Notes: a model not told the origin generated them from the sequence alone. A stretch of 64,000 bases of DNA from Acidobacteriota bacterium (GCA_040755995.1 JBFMAF010000032.1:129306-193305); one strand, 5' to 3'; shown: positions 20,204 to 29,930, counted from the stretch's first letter. Translations and numbers: made by a program.

Positions 20204-20269
20204 GAACCGGGGAATCGGGGAAACGGAGAAACGGAGACTGGCAAACGCCACTCTCCGATTCCCCGGTTC
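20204..20269. repeat. Intergenic inverted repeat (15-bp perfect arms)
   Basis: GAACCGGGGAATCGG (20204-20218) / CCGATTCCCCGGTTC (20255-20269), with periodic GGAGAAAC units in between. Confidence 0.75.
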
Positions 20270-20309
20270 TCCCATTCCGCCACCGATCACCCACACCATC
20301 CTCCGGATG

Positions 20310-22304
20310 CTACACAGGAAACTGCAGCACGTTGTTGCCTACCATAGAGGCCGGTTTCTCGATTCCGAAGACGTGCAGGATGCTTGCGGTCAGATCGTAG
20401 AGGGCCGGGAAGTCGACGGTCACCTTTGCGTTGGTGAACAAAATCCCGGGGATCACGTCGGGATCCATGCAATGATCGCCGCTCCACTTCTCCTTGTTGT
20501 CCTCCAGGACCTCCGGCGGGACTTTCCCCAGGGGCGTGGCCCAGGAGCAGCGGTAGCCGCGGTTGTAGCCGACGAGTATGTCAGGGGCCTCATTCACGTA
20601 AGCACCCTGGTAGACGTCCTTGGCCACGTAAGCCCTGGTGATCACTCGCTCCCCTGTTTGCGGATCGGTCACCTCTTCGAGCTTCCGAGCGATTTCCCTG
20701 ATGAGAGACTCTGAATCGGCACCCGGCGCGACGATTCCCTTACCCTCTCTGTCGCGCTGGTTGACATAGAGGCCGTTGAGCCCGAGCGCGTACGCTCTGG
20801 TTCGCGACCAGTCCGTGTTTTCGAAAAACACGGCATCCCTACGCCGTTCGCTTATCAGCCTCATGTAGCCGCTCTCCTTCAGCCACGTATTGAGGTTGAA
20901 GGCTCGGCGGAACGGCGTGAACCCGTGGTCCGACATCGCGAGAATCATGGTGTCCTTGTCGACCTTGCTCATGACCTTGGACACGACGCGGTCCATGGCT
21001 ACGTAGATATCCTCTATCGCGCCGCCGTACTTCCCCGCCAGACTCGGATCGTAAGCAGGATGTTCCTTGTCAATGTAGCGCCAGAACATGTGCTGCCGCT
21101 GATCTGTGCTCGAGAAGTAGTAGAACAGAAGGCCGGAGTCGAAGCGTCCCAATTCGTAGTCGAAGATCGCCCCGTCTTCCGCAAGGACATCGCCGTCCTG
21201 CGCCAGGAACTCCGCGTCATCCAACACCCCGTGCTCCAGAGCCTTCGTGTCTGCCGGCAGCCCCTTGGTATAGAAAGGACCGAACTTCTCGTCGAGATCT
21301 TCCGAGTAGCTCTCGGGCGTCGAGATCGGCAGTGCCGGGTTGCCCGGGTCGAGGTTCACGGGTGAGACATAGAGCTTGAACTCGGGATGAGCCTGCTTCA
21401 GATGAAACTTGCAGATCCCGGGCACGCCCTGCGTGGGTATCAGCGGGAACTCGACCCGCTTCCAGTCGCTCCATTCTCCTTCCGCAAGAATGAACTCCTG
21501 ATCCTGGATTTCTATCTTCGCGACGGGATTCGCCGGATCGAGGAAGACAGTGAAATCGATGTAGGTGTCGGGATTGCCTTTCCTGAACGCGTTGGGTGGG
21601 CCCGGCAGCTTCGCCTGCACCTTGCCTGCAACGACGCTGACCTGATGGACCTCACCACCGTCCATGTGCGGCCGGAGCTCCGCGTGAGCCGTCGTGTAGT
21701 AGTTGAACACGCCGTAGCCACCCATGATGTCAGGCGTCCCCATTCCAGAGATCGTCCGCTGCTCGGTCGGAGCCGGAGGGAAATTGGACGGCATCTTGTA
21801 GACGGTGGCCGGAATGCCGTGCTTCTCCAGGATCTGCCAAAACGCGTCGCCCCGCCGGAGCAGCAAGACTTCTCCACTGGACAATGGAATGACGTAGCTT
21901 CCGATATTGAGCGTCCGCTCCCCCGGTGTCACGGTCGAGGTCGACAGAAAGGGGCTGTAGTCCTTCGGGTTCCTGTGGATGAAATCGAAGATGGCATGGC
22001 CGCCGGGATTCATCCCGGTAATGAAATTGGACCACGCCACGGGACTCTGGGGCGGCGTGCTCGTTCTCAGGGGTCTGAATCCTCCCATGCCGGCCAGCTT
22101 CTGAAGCGACGGGAGCTTCCCCTGCTTCATGAACTGTTCGGTGAGATGCGGGTCCATACCGTCAAAGCCGAGAACAATGACCTTGTACCTGGTATCCCGG
22201 CTCCCCGCGACCCTGGCGATCACGTTCCGGGCGCTTCCGAGCGCACAGAGCGAGCCGGCCGCGAGGCCCATTTTCACGAACTCTCTTCTATCGAACTTTC
22301 TCAT
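20310..22304 (-). CDS. Alkaline phosphatase superfamily / type I phosphodiesterase-nucleotide pyrophosphatase-like protein, Tat signal
   Basis: DRREFVK Tat motif; VLGFDGMD, PPQSPVAWSNFITG, TDQRQH, MSDHGF, WSGDH. Confidence 0.88.
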   Translation of the reverse strand: MRKFDRREFVKMGLAAGSLCALGSARNVIARVAGSRDTRYKVIVLGFDGMDPHLTEQFMKQGKLPSLQKLAGMGGFRPLRTSTPPQSPVAWSNFITGMNPGGHAIFDFIHRNPKDYSPFLSTSTVTPGERTLNIGSYVIPLSSGEVLLLRRGDAFWQILEKHGIPATVYKMPSNFPPAPTEQRTISGMGTPDIMGGYGVFNYYTTAHAELRPHMDGGEVHQVSVVAGKVQAKLPGPPNAFRKGNPDTYIDFTVFLDPANPVAKIEIQDQEFILAEGEWSDWKRVEFPLIPTQGVPGICKFHLKQAHPEFKLYVSPVNLDPGNPALPISTPESYSEDLDEKFGPFYTKGLPADTKALEHGVLDDAEFLAQDGDVLAEDGAIFDYELGRFDSGLLFYYFSSTDQRQHMFWRYIDKEHPAYDPSLAGKYGGAIEDIYVAMDRVVSKVMSKVDKDTMILAMSDHGFTPFRRAFNLNTWLKESGYMRLISERRRDAVFFENTDWSRTRAYALGLNGLYVNQRDREGKGIVAPGADSESLIREIARKLEEVTDPQTGERVITRAYVAKDVYQGAYVNEAPDILVGYNRGYRCSWATPLGKVPPEVLEDNKEKWSGDHCMDPDVIPGILFTNAKVTVDFPALYDLTASILHVFGIEKPASMVGNNVLQFPV

Positions 22305-22331
22305 ATCATCGCTCCTTCCGCTTCAGAATCA

Positions 22332-24422
22332 TCATTGCATCAATGGACGGCCGTCCATATGAGCTGGCGGCCGGAGCCCGAACAAATCTAGAACGGTCGG
22401 CGCGATGTCGATGATGTGCGGTGTGGACCCGTCGATCTTTCGATTGGAAAAGAAAACGCCCGGCACAAGCGCCGGATCGATGCAGTGATCGCCGCTCCAG
22501 GCCTTCGCATTATCGTCGATGACGACACGGTTGACCTTCCCCTTCACTCCGTCCCAGGAAGCCCTGTAGCCTTCGTTGTACCCGATGATGAAGTCCGGCA
22601 TGTTCTCCTTGTACGGGCCCGGTGGAAGCTCATCTCTGTCGTAGATCCTGCTCATGGCCGCGACACCATGCTCCTCGTCGCGCAGCAGGCTCAGCTTCTC
22701 CATGATCTCCTTCTTCAGCGCATTGGTCTCTTCGCCCGGCGCCACGATTCCTCTCGATTCGCGTCCCTTCTGGTTGATGTAGAGCCCGCCGAGACCGAGC
22801 GCATAGGCTTTCGTGCGGTCCCAGTCGACACCCTGGAACCACTCGCCGCCTTCCTCCTTGCCGTCCTTCATCGACAGATATCCGTTCACGTACAGCCAGG
22901 AATTCAGGTTGACTCCGCGGCGGAACGGGAGGAATCCATGATCGGACATGACGATTACGACGGTCCTGTCATCGGCCTTCTTCATCACCCTTCCTACCAT
23001 CTCATCCATCTTCTCATAGAGGTCCTCGATGATCTTTGCGCTCATGGCGCGCTGGCCGGCCTTCAACGCTGGATGATTCGGGTCGAGGTAGCGGAAGAAC
23101 ATGTGCTGAATGCTGTCCGTCGTCTCGAAAACGCAGGCGGCGACTCCTCTCTGCGTCTTCTCTATTGCGTTGAAGAACATCGCCTCCCACTCGCGGTGAT
23201 TCGAGTACGTCAGCTCCAGAAACGCCTCCTCGCTAAGCGCCCCCTCGTTCAGCGCCCACGTGTCGTTGGCCTCGCCAAGCGTTATGAAGCTGCCCAGCAG
23301 CTTGGAGAGATAGACAGAGTAGATGAGCGGGTGTGAAATCGGAAGAGCCGGATTCTCCGGATCGATATTCAGCGGCGTCAGGTACATCTCGAAATGCGGC
23401 TGAATCTGCGACACGTAGAAGCGGGCGACCGAGCTGATGCCGATGCCGAGGCCCGGACGGAACGTCAGCTTCTTCCACTCGGAAAAGACGCCCTTCTTCA
23501 ACGAAAACGTCTGGCCCGAGACCGTGACGTGCGCTTCCTGCTTCTCCCTGTCCAGGCGTATCTTCAACGGGAGCCGGATCTCCTCGACCTTCTTCAGCAT
23601 GGTGTTCTCGGGCCCGGAGATGTACGTGTCGACGTGACCATCGGTCACATCGACCGGGATGAATACACCACCTTCGTGCTCCTTCACCTTCTCCTTGTCC
23701 GACGTGTAGAAGAAGAAAGTGCCCTGGCTCCCCTTGAGATCCGGCGCACACATCCCCGAGAGGAGATGCCCCTTGAATTTCTCGGGAGGGAAGGTGATCG
23801 GAACCCTCAGGATCGTTGAGAAAATCCCATTGTCACCGAGGATCTTCCAGAACGGAACGCTCTTGCGCATTCCCCTGATCTCAGGCTTCGACAGCGGGAT
23901 GTTGTACTTCCCGAGAGAGAGAACCCTCTTCGGACTCCCGATATGGGCTGACGAGAGATCCGGCAGATATGTCCTCGTGTCCCGGCTCAGGAAGTCGAAG
24001 ATGTTGTGCTTCGCCGGATGCGAACCGGTCATGAAAGATGACCAGGCCACGGGGGAAATCGACGGAATCGACGTCTGAAGCCGCGCGTAGGTGCCCTGCT
24101 CTTTCATCCGCGAAAGATTCGGCAGCTTCCCCTCGGCCATGAACCTGTCCGCCAGTCGCGGGTCCATTCCGTCCAGCCCCACGATGAAGACCTTGTCGAC
24201 CTTGCTCTTCCCGTAAGCCCTCTTACCTCTCAGCATCCGGAACACGTACCGGAACGGCCACGCCAGCAGCGAGAAGACCGCAAGCACCATTACCAGGAAC
24301 AAGACGAAGAAAGAGGAGATGAACGCGAATCCGGCCCCGGGTCCGATGTAGGCCGTCAGGGGGCAGGGGAGGAGAGCCAGGAGAGCAGCAAGTGCAAGGA
24401 ACCTCAGAGTTCTATTCTTCAT
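22332..24422 (-). CDS. Alkaline phosphatase superfamily / nucleotide pyrophosphatase-like protein, paralog of 20310-22304, with signal peptide + AYIGPGAG + TM helix
   Basis: VGLDGMD, PSISPVAWSSFMTG, TDSIQH, MSDHGF, WSGDH. Confidence 0.88.
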   Translation of the reverse strand: MKNRTLRFLALAALLALLPCPLTAYIGPGAGFAFISSFFVLFLVMVLAVFSLLAWPFRYVFRMLRGKRAYGKSKVDKVFIVGLDGMDPRLADRFMAEGKLPNLSRMKEQGTYARLQTSIPSISPVAWSSFMTGSHPAKHNIFDFLSRDTRTYLPDLSSAHIGSPKRVLSLGKYNIPLSKPEIRGMRKSVPFWKILGDNGIFSTILRVPITFPPEKFKGHLLSGMCAPDLKGSQGTFFFYTSDKEKVKEHEGGVFIPVDVTDGHVDTYISGPENTMLKKVEEIRLPLKIRLDREKQEAHVTVSGQTFSLKKGVFSEWKKLTFRPGLGIGISSVARFYVSQIQPHFEMYLTPLNIDPENPALPISHPLIYSVYLSKLLGSFITLGEANDTWALNEGALSEEAFLELTYSNHREWEAMFFNAIEKTQRGVAACVFETTDSIQHMFFRYLDPNHPALKAGQRAMSAKIIEDLYEKMDEMVGRVMKKADDRTVVIVMSDHGFLPFRRGVNLNSWLYVNGYLSMKDGKEEGGEWFQGVDWDRTKAYALGLGGLYINQKGRESRGIVAPGEETNALKKEIMEKLSLLRDEEHGVAAMSRIYDRDELPPGPYKENMPDFIIGYNEGYRASWDGVKGKVNRVVIDDNAKAWSGDHCIDPALVPGVFFSNRKIDGSTPHIIDIAPTVLDLFGLRPPAHMDGRPLMQ

Positions 24423-24593
24423 TGATCACTGTTCCGCGTGGTGTCGCGCTATATTCCGCCGGTGCAGATGCACGACTGCTGCACGTCACCGGCTGCCCCG
24501 TTCGCGTCCTTTCACCTCGATGTCACAAAGTACCCAGTCTCGACCTCGATCGAAGGGCGAAGGGTAACCCCCGTCGAGGAGAATGTCAATAGA

Positions 24594-24808
24594 AATGCGG
24601 AATACGGAGTGCGGAATGCGGAATCAGTCATGCCGATGGACGGTGGCCGGCCGGGGAGAATGCGGAATGCGGAGTGCGGAATCCGCCATTCGAGCGGCGA
24701 GTGGCCGGCCGCGGAGAATGCGGAGTGCGGAGCGCGGAATGTGCCATACGAACGGATGGAGCCGGGCAAACCGGAATGCGGAACCTGCCATACGAGCGGA
24801 TGGAGCCT
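24594..24808 (+). repeat. Degenerate repeat tract built from 7-bp (ATGCGGA/GTGCGGA) units
   Basis: Blocks such as AATGCGGAATACGGAGTGCGGAATGCGGAAT at ~24594, ~24658, ~24717 and ~24774. TGCCATACGARCGGATGGAGCC and GTGGCCGGCCG each occur twice. Confidence 0.8.
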
Positions 24809-24879
24809 CGCACTGCCGGACACCGGTGGACGCGAGGCCGCGCCTCGAGATCCGGACGCGACCTCGCCATGCGGTGTAC

Positions 24880-25503
24880 CTACGACTTGTGGTCGACGTA
24901 GCCGTTGTCTTGAAGGTACATGAGGATTTCGGCGGCGATCTCCTGCGGGGTCATCTCGGCTGTCTTCATGACGAGCTCGGGATGAAGCGGTTCCTCGTAT
25001 GGATCATCCACTCCCGTGAAGCCCTTGAGCTGCCCCATGCGGGCTTTCTTGTAGAGGCCCTTGGGATCGCGTTCTTCGCAGACCGTAGCCGGTGCGTCGA
25101 CGAAGATCTCGATGAATCCGAGGCCGGCATCCACGTGCAGCTGCCGGGCCCGGTCCCGGTCCCTGCGGTATGGAGAGATGAAGCTGGTCATCGCGATCAC
25201 GCCGGCGTCGGCGAACAGCTTGGCCACTTCACCGATCCGGCGGATGTTCTCTTCCCGATCCTCGGCCGAGAAACCGAGATTCTTGTTCAGTCCGTGGCGG
25301 ATGTTGTCCCCGTCCATGACATAGGCCAGGTAGCCGCGCCTCACGAGCTCGTGCTCCAGCGTGAAGGCAGCCGTGCTCTTGCCCGAGGACGGCAGGCCCG
25401 TGAACCAGAGCGTGCAGCCGCGCTGCTTGAGCAGAATCTCGCGCTGCGCGCGCTCGACGTGACTCTGGTGCCATGTGATGTTGGTTGCCTTGACGATAGT
25501 CAT
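24880..25503 (-). CDS. cysC: Adenylyl-sulfate (APS) kinase
   Basis: [51 protein letters not shown]. Confidence 0.97.
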   Translation of the reverse strand: MTIVKATNITWHQSHVERAQREILLKQRGCTLWFTGLPSSGKSTAAFTLEHELVRRGYLAYVMDGDNIRHGLNKNLGFSAEDREENIRRIGEVAKLFADAGVIAMTSFISPYRRDRDRARQLHVDAGLGFIEIFVDAPATVCEERDPKGLYKKARMGQLKGFTGVDDPYEEPLHPELVMKTAEMTPQEIAAEILMYLQDNGYVDHKS

Positions 25504-25685
25504 GAAATCCTCCGTTATTAGTGCATTGATGATGATTGATTATGCCGGCCGTCCCGCAGGCAGCCGTGACGACCGCGCGCCCGATTCTCCGTAATACAGG
25601 GCGGCACACACTGCGTTAAGTCGACGATTCTGTTGTGGACCCATGACGCGCTGTATTGCTTGTGGACCTCGCAGCGGCCGGCTCT

Positions 25686-25716
25686 CTTCACCGCGTCTCC
25701 GCGTCACCGTGTCTCC
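25686..25716 (-). repeat. Inverted copy of the 8-bp periodic repeat at 19004-19040
   Basis: CTTCACCGCGTCTCCG is the exact reverse complement of 19025-19040. Confidence 0.7.
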
Positions 25717-25755
25717 CTCCATTGGCACCCAGCTCGATGCCGCCCGAACCTCGAT

Positions 25756-25992
25756 TCACAGGTACCCGAGCCCCTTCAGTCGCTTGCGGACCTTCTCCAG
25801 GTCCTGGGCGGTGAATGTCTCGCTCTCCGGCCCCGGTGCGCCCACCTCATGTGCCGACACCAGGTCCCGAAGCACGTAGACCACGAAGTCGGTCACCGAG
25901 TCGAAGCCCGATCCTTCGATGATCTGCTGCAGTTTTCGATATAGAGGTCTCGGGATCTTGATTGTGACCTTGCTCTCACGATTCCATGGCAT
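25756..25992 (-). CDS. Small RHH/CopG-like protein with C-terminal RLKGLGYL motif
   Basis: VTIKIPRPLYRKL...GFDSVTDFVVYVLR...EKVRKRLKGLGYL. Confidence 0.8.
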   Translation of the reverse strand: MPWNRESKVTIKIPRPLYRKLQQIIEGSGFDSVTDFVVYVLRDLVSAHEVGAPGPESETFTAQDLEKVRKRLKGLGYL

Positions 25993-26069
25993 CTTACACC
26001 CCTATTGCACTCCAATTGGATTCCTAATATACTCCAGCAGGAGTGTAGAGTCAAACTCAGATTTGTGAG

Positions 26070-26681
26070 GTGCCAATGTTAAAGAACCTGCTCCAGCGAA
26101 TGCGTTACGGCGATCCCGTGATTCTCGTCTCGGGACTCCCGCGGTCGGGCACGTCGATGACGATGAAGATGCTCGAGGCGGTGGGGCTAGCAACGGTCGT
26201 GGACGGAGTACGCGAAGCGGACGAGGACAATCCGAAGGGGTACTTCGAAGACGAGCGAGTCAAGGATCTGCACAAGATGGAGGACAAGGGTTGGGTTCGA
26301 GAAGCGAGAGGTAAGGCCATCAAAGTCATCTCGTATCTTCTCAAGGAGCTTCCCGACGACAACCTCTACAAGGTCATCTTCATGCGGAGAAACCTGAAGG
26401 AGGTGCTCGCCTCGCAGAAGAAGATGCTCGATCGCCGCGGAGAGAAATCTGAGACCAGCGATGAGCGGATGATCGAGATATACGAGGATCACCTGTGGAA
26501 GGTGAACTATCTTTTCAAGCACAAGTCGAACTTCGAAGCGATCGACGTCGAGTACACGGCGGTGATCAAGGATCCGCGCACGCAGGCGACACGAATCCGC
26601 GACTTCCTGGGGCTCAACCTCGACGTTGACAAGATGGTGGCCGCGGTCGATCCGAACCTGTATCGCAACAGGGCCTCATAG
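26070..26681 (+). CDS. Sulfotransferase family protein
   Basis: 5'-PSB loop SGLPRSGTS; NPKGYFE; FMRR..EVLASQ (3'-PB). Confidence 0.88.
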   Translation: MPMLKNLLQRMRYGDPVILVSGLPRSGTSMTMKMLEAVGLATVVDGVREADEDNPKGYFEDERVKDLHKMEDKGWVREARGKAIKVISYLLKELPDDNLYKVIFMRRNLKEVLASQKKMLDRRGEKSETSDERMIEIYEDHLWKVNYLFKHKSNFEAIDVEYTAVIKDPRTQATRIRDFLGLNLDVDKMVAAVDPNLYRNRAS

Positions 26682-27494
26682 ATGGGTAGCGGGATGACAC
26701 AGAACAAGACGAGGGATGATGATCTCAGGTTGATATCGCGGGCGCTCGACGAGGCGGTGAATGTGCTTGCCGCATATACGTCGGGGGCGATTCAGGAAGA
26801 GATCAAGGCGGGCGGCTCGCCGGTCACGGAGGCTGATCGACGTATCGATGCCGTGCTCAAGAAGATACTGCCCGCCGACGGCGACGGATGGCTCTCGGAG
26901 GAGACCGCGGACGAGAAGTCGCGGCTTCAGAGGAGCCGGGTGTGGGTGGTCGATCCGCTCGACGGCACGCGCGAATTCGTGGATGGGCTACCCGAGTGGT
27001 GCGTCTCGATCGGCCTGGTGGAAGACGGCCGTGCCGTTGCGGGCGGCATCCACAATCCCGCCACGGGACAGCGGGTGCTGGGATCGCTCGAGACGGGCGT
27101 CACGCTCAACGGCGAGCGCGCGCGAGTTCGGCCGCTCACCTCACTCAAGGGGATCCGCGTGCTGGCCAGCCGCACCGAGGTGAAGAAGGGCCAGTGGGAG
27201 CGATTCCGCGGGGCGCCGTTCGAGTTCGTTGCCATGGGATCGGTGGCGTACAAGATGAGCCTGGTGGCGGCCGGCCTTGCCGATGCCACCTGGACTCTTG
27301 TTCCCAAGAACGAGTGGGACGTGGCCGCCGGAGCCGCGCTGGTGAAGGCCGCGGGCGGTGTCGTCCACACGCTCGACGGCGGCGAGCCTCGCTTCAACCG
27401 CGCAAACACGCTCTACGACGGCTTCATCGCCGTGCCCCGCGGAATCGTAGCCGAGCTCGGCGAGTTCCTGAAGCTCCCGCTGCCACGGGGATAG
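26682..27494 (+). CDS. cysQ: 3'(2'),5'-bisphosphate nucleotidase (inositol monophosphatase family)
   Basis: SPVTEAD, LSEE, WVVDPLDGTREF, EWDVAAG; adjacent to the sulfotransferase and cysC. Confidence 0.85.
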   Translation: MGSGMTQNKTRDDDLRLISRALDEAVNVLAAYTSGAIQEEIKAGGSPVTEADRRIDAVLKKILPADGDGWLSEETADEKSRLQRSRVWVVDPLDGTREFVDGLPEWCVSIGLVEDGRAVAGGIHNPATGQRVLGSLETGVTLNGERARVRPLTSLKGIRVLASRTEVKKGQWERFRGAPFEFVAMGSVAYKMSLVAAGLADATWTLVPKNEWDVAAGAALVKAAGGVVHTLDGGEPRFNRANTLYDGFIAVPRGIVAELGEFLKLPLPRG

Positions 27495-27617
27495 GCCAGG
27501 GCGAGACTCGGGCCGCCGCGACTCGACCCGGACGTGCGTCGCGCAGCACTGCCCCGTTCTGCGACCAGAGTGAGCACCGAGCGGAGAAGAGACCTGCGCG
27601 TAGCGAGGGCTGCCGCG

Positions 27618-28013
27618 TCAGACTGACCAGTTCTCCATCCTGAGTCCGGGCACACGCTTGAAACGACGCCTGTTGTTGGTCACGAGCACGTAGTTGAGCA
27701 CAAGAGCGGTCGAAGCCACGATGAGATCGAAATCCGCAAGCGGGCTACCGCGTTTCTCCAGGGTCGCCTTGATCGAGTCAAAAGTTTCCATGACCGCACG
27801 GCTGACATCGATGACAGGAAAGATCTCGGCGGTGCGCCGCACAGTCGCCAGGTTTGCCTCGGCCCGGGCCGACTCCATTGCGCCATAGTACAGCTCTCCA
27901 TATGTCACGACCGATATCGCTTTCGGGAGAGTGGCTTTAGCCGCCAACTGCGCATTGACCTTCGCATGGCCCTTCAGCGAGTAGATCATGGTGTCGGTAT
28001 CAAGCAAATACAT
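27618..28013 (-). CDS. vapC: Type II TA toxin, PIN domain
   Basis: YLLDTD, ELYYGA, DFDLIVASTAL, LVTNN. Confidence 0.9.
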   Translation of the reverse strand: MYLLDTDTMIYSLKGHAKVNAQLAAKATLPKAISVVTYGELYYGAMESARAEANLATVRRTAEIFPVIDVSRAVMETFDSIKATLEKRGSPLADFDLIVASTALVLNYVLVTNNRRRFKRVPGLRMENWSV

Positions 28014-28272
28014 CGCTGCTGAACCTCTTTCCGCCGCGCCGAGCCTGCCGAATCTCGCCTGCGATTTCCCGCGCCGACCGCTCGTCTTGCCATGATCCGG
28101 CCAGGGCCAGAAACGCCTCTGTGGCCTCTCTGGCCGATGCGGCCGGCCGAGCCAGGGAGTCCTTTATGAAGGCCACGACCTCCTGGCTGATGGACCTGTT
28201 ATCCATGGCGGCGCGAGCACGGAGGGCCTCATAAAGATCATCCTCAATGCCTTTGACCTGCAGTGTAGCCAT
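28000..28272 (-). CDS. FitA-like RHH antitoxin
   Basis: MATLQVKGIEDDLYEALRARAAMDNRSISQEV; overlaps the toxin start. Confidence 0.85.
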   Translation of the reverse strand: MATLQVKGIEDDLYEALRARAAMDNRSISQEVVAFIKDSLARPAASAREATEAFLALAGSWQDERSAREIAGEIRQARRGGKRFSSDVFA

Positions 28273-28402
28273 TCTTCGCCTCCCTGTTGATTATAGCAGA
28301 GTTATTCATGAATCTGCATTCAATATGGATGAACACTCCGGCAGCGTGTGATGGACGGCAGCCCAGCCGCAAATCCTCAGGGGCAGATCGCTGTGGGGCC
28401 TG

Positions 28403-29821
28403 CTACTTCCCCGGGGGCAGCGGCATCACGTTCCAGATGAAGTACTTCTCGGCCTGGAAGTCCATGATGTCCTCGCTCTGGTAGGTGGTCTGGCCCTTGG
28501 GCAGCCAGAAGTGGCGCAGCTTCTTCTGGTCGTCGGAAGCGACGAAGATATCGTCCCGCCCGTCGCCATCCCAGTCGAAAACCACCGTCGCGTGTTCGAA
28601 GCCGCTCGAGACGGAGCCCGGCACCACGTCGGCAACGCTCCAGCTGCCGCCCTTGCGCTGTATCACATAGATGCCGTTCTTTCTGGTGGACGCGATGATC
28701 TCTCGCGCGCCGTCACAGTCGGTGTCGCCGGTGTTCAAGAAGCGGCACATGTCGCCCTGAAGGGTAACGTCGCCGATCTCCTTCATGCCACCGTCCTTCC
28801 ATGCCCAGCCGCGGATGAACAGGCGCTGAGAAGGATCTTTCATCCCTGCGGTTTCGATCGCTGCATAGAGTTCGACCCGGCCATCCCCGTCGAGATCCAC
28901 GGCCAGGATCTCCTTCGGATGGCGCTCGGGCAAACGGCTCACCTCTGTGCGCACGTATGTCTTGGAGCCGCCATCCCAGCGATACATGTCGATGCGCCCT
29001 CCCTGCGGCGTCCCGTCGAGGCGATTGGGAGCGGACGGTGTCGTGAAGAATTCGAGTTTCTTGTCCCCGTCGACGTCTCCGATCTCGACCTCGTGCGTGA
29101 AGGTCCGCTGAGTGTCCCGGTATATCTCTTGCGGCTTCATGCCTTGCGGCGTCTGCTCGATCACAAACACGGCGCCGAGATCGTGAGTCACTACCACCAG
29201 CTCATCCTGACCGTCGCTGTCGACGTCACCTGCTTCGACGTCGCGGAACCGGTGTTCGCGCTGTCCCACCACCGCAGTCCACAGGGTTTCGGCCTTGAAG
29301 CCCGTTCCCGATCCGCCGGGCTCGCGCCAGATCTGGAGATACGGCATGTTCGCGCTGATCGTCAGAATCCCAGGCTCTCCGAATGCAGGCTTGAACCACA
29401 TGCACTTGTGAAAGACATTGCCGCCCTCGAGCTCGAAGACCTTCGACTCGGGTTTTCCGTTCACCTCGGCCCACGTGATGTCCTTCTCCGAGGCACCAGG
29501 GGCCTCTGCAACCGTCCAGCCCGCGCCCGATCGGACGAACGTGAGCGGCTTCGACGGAGGCTCGCCTTCCTTGCCCAGCCTTCGCACGTATGACTTGCCG
29601 TCAGCACCGATCCCCGGCTGAAGCACCACCTTTCCCGGCGGCACCGAAACCTCCTCCCGCGACCATCCTTCCGCTCCCGGGCGCAGGATGAGCATCGTCG
29701 CGGGTGAGGGGCCTTCCTTGAATACCGACCGGGCCACGATCAGGCCGCCTTTCGGCTTGGAGCTCCCGCACCACGGGAAGAGGCAGAGCATCAAGACCAG
29801 CAACAGGGCACGATTGCGCAT
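28403..29821 (-). CDS. Secreted FG-GAP/VCBS-repeat beta-propeller protein
   Basis: Signal MRNRALLLVLMLC; repeated GDVDSDGQDE, GDVDGDKKLE, DLDGDGRVE, GDTDCDGARE, DWDGDGRDD. Confidence 0.85.
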   Translation of the reverse strand: MRNRALLLVLMLCLFPWCGSSKPKGGLIVARSVFKEGPSPATMLILRPGAEGWSREEVSVPPGKVVLQPGIGADGKSYVRRLGKEGEPPSKPLTFVRSGAGWTVAEAPGASEKDITWAEVNGKPESKVFELEGGNVFHKCMWFKPAFGEPGILTISANMPYLQIWREPGGSGTGFKAETLWTAVVGQREHRFRDVEAGDVDSDGQDELVVVTHDLGAVFVIEQTPQGMKPQEIYRDTQRTFTHEVEIGDVDGDKKLEFFTTPSAPNRLDGTPQGGRIDMYRWDGGSKTYVRTEVSRLPERHPKEILAVDLDGDGRVELYAAIETAGMKDPSQRLFIRGWAWKDGGMKEIGDVTLQGDMCRFLNTGDTDCDGAREIIASTRKNGIYVIQRKGGSWSVADVVPGSVSSGFEHATVVFDWDGDGRDDIFVASDDQKKLRHFWLPKGQTTYQSEDIMDFQAEKYFIWNVMPLPPGK

Positions 29822-29930
29822 GTGTTCTCCATCATCTCGACGAGCCCTGCTGGCTCGCCGCGTCGTTGTGCAAGGTACAGCCGGAACAACCAATCCCGGC
29901 AACGACCACTGCCTCGGCTATTCTGCCCGA

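Noticed and set aside
24594..24808. Possible CRISPR array or small repeat-protein genes (ORFs 24438-24923, 24512-24823)
   Set aside because: Irregular 7-bp periodic tract. The translations are low-complexity MRNAECG repeats produced by the DNA repeat.
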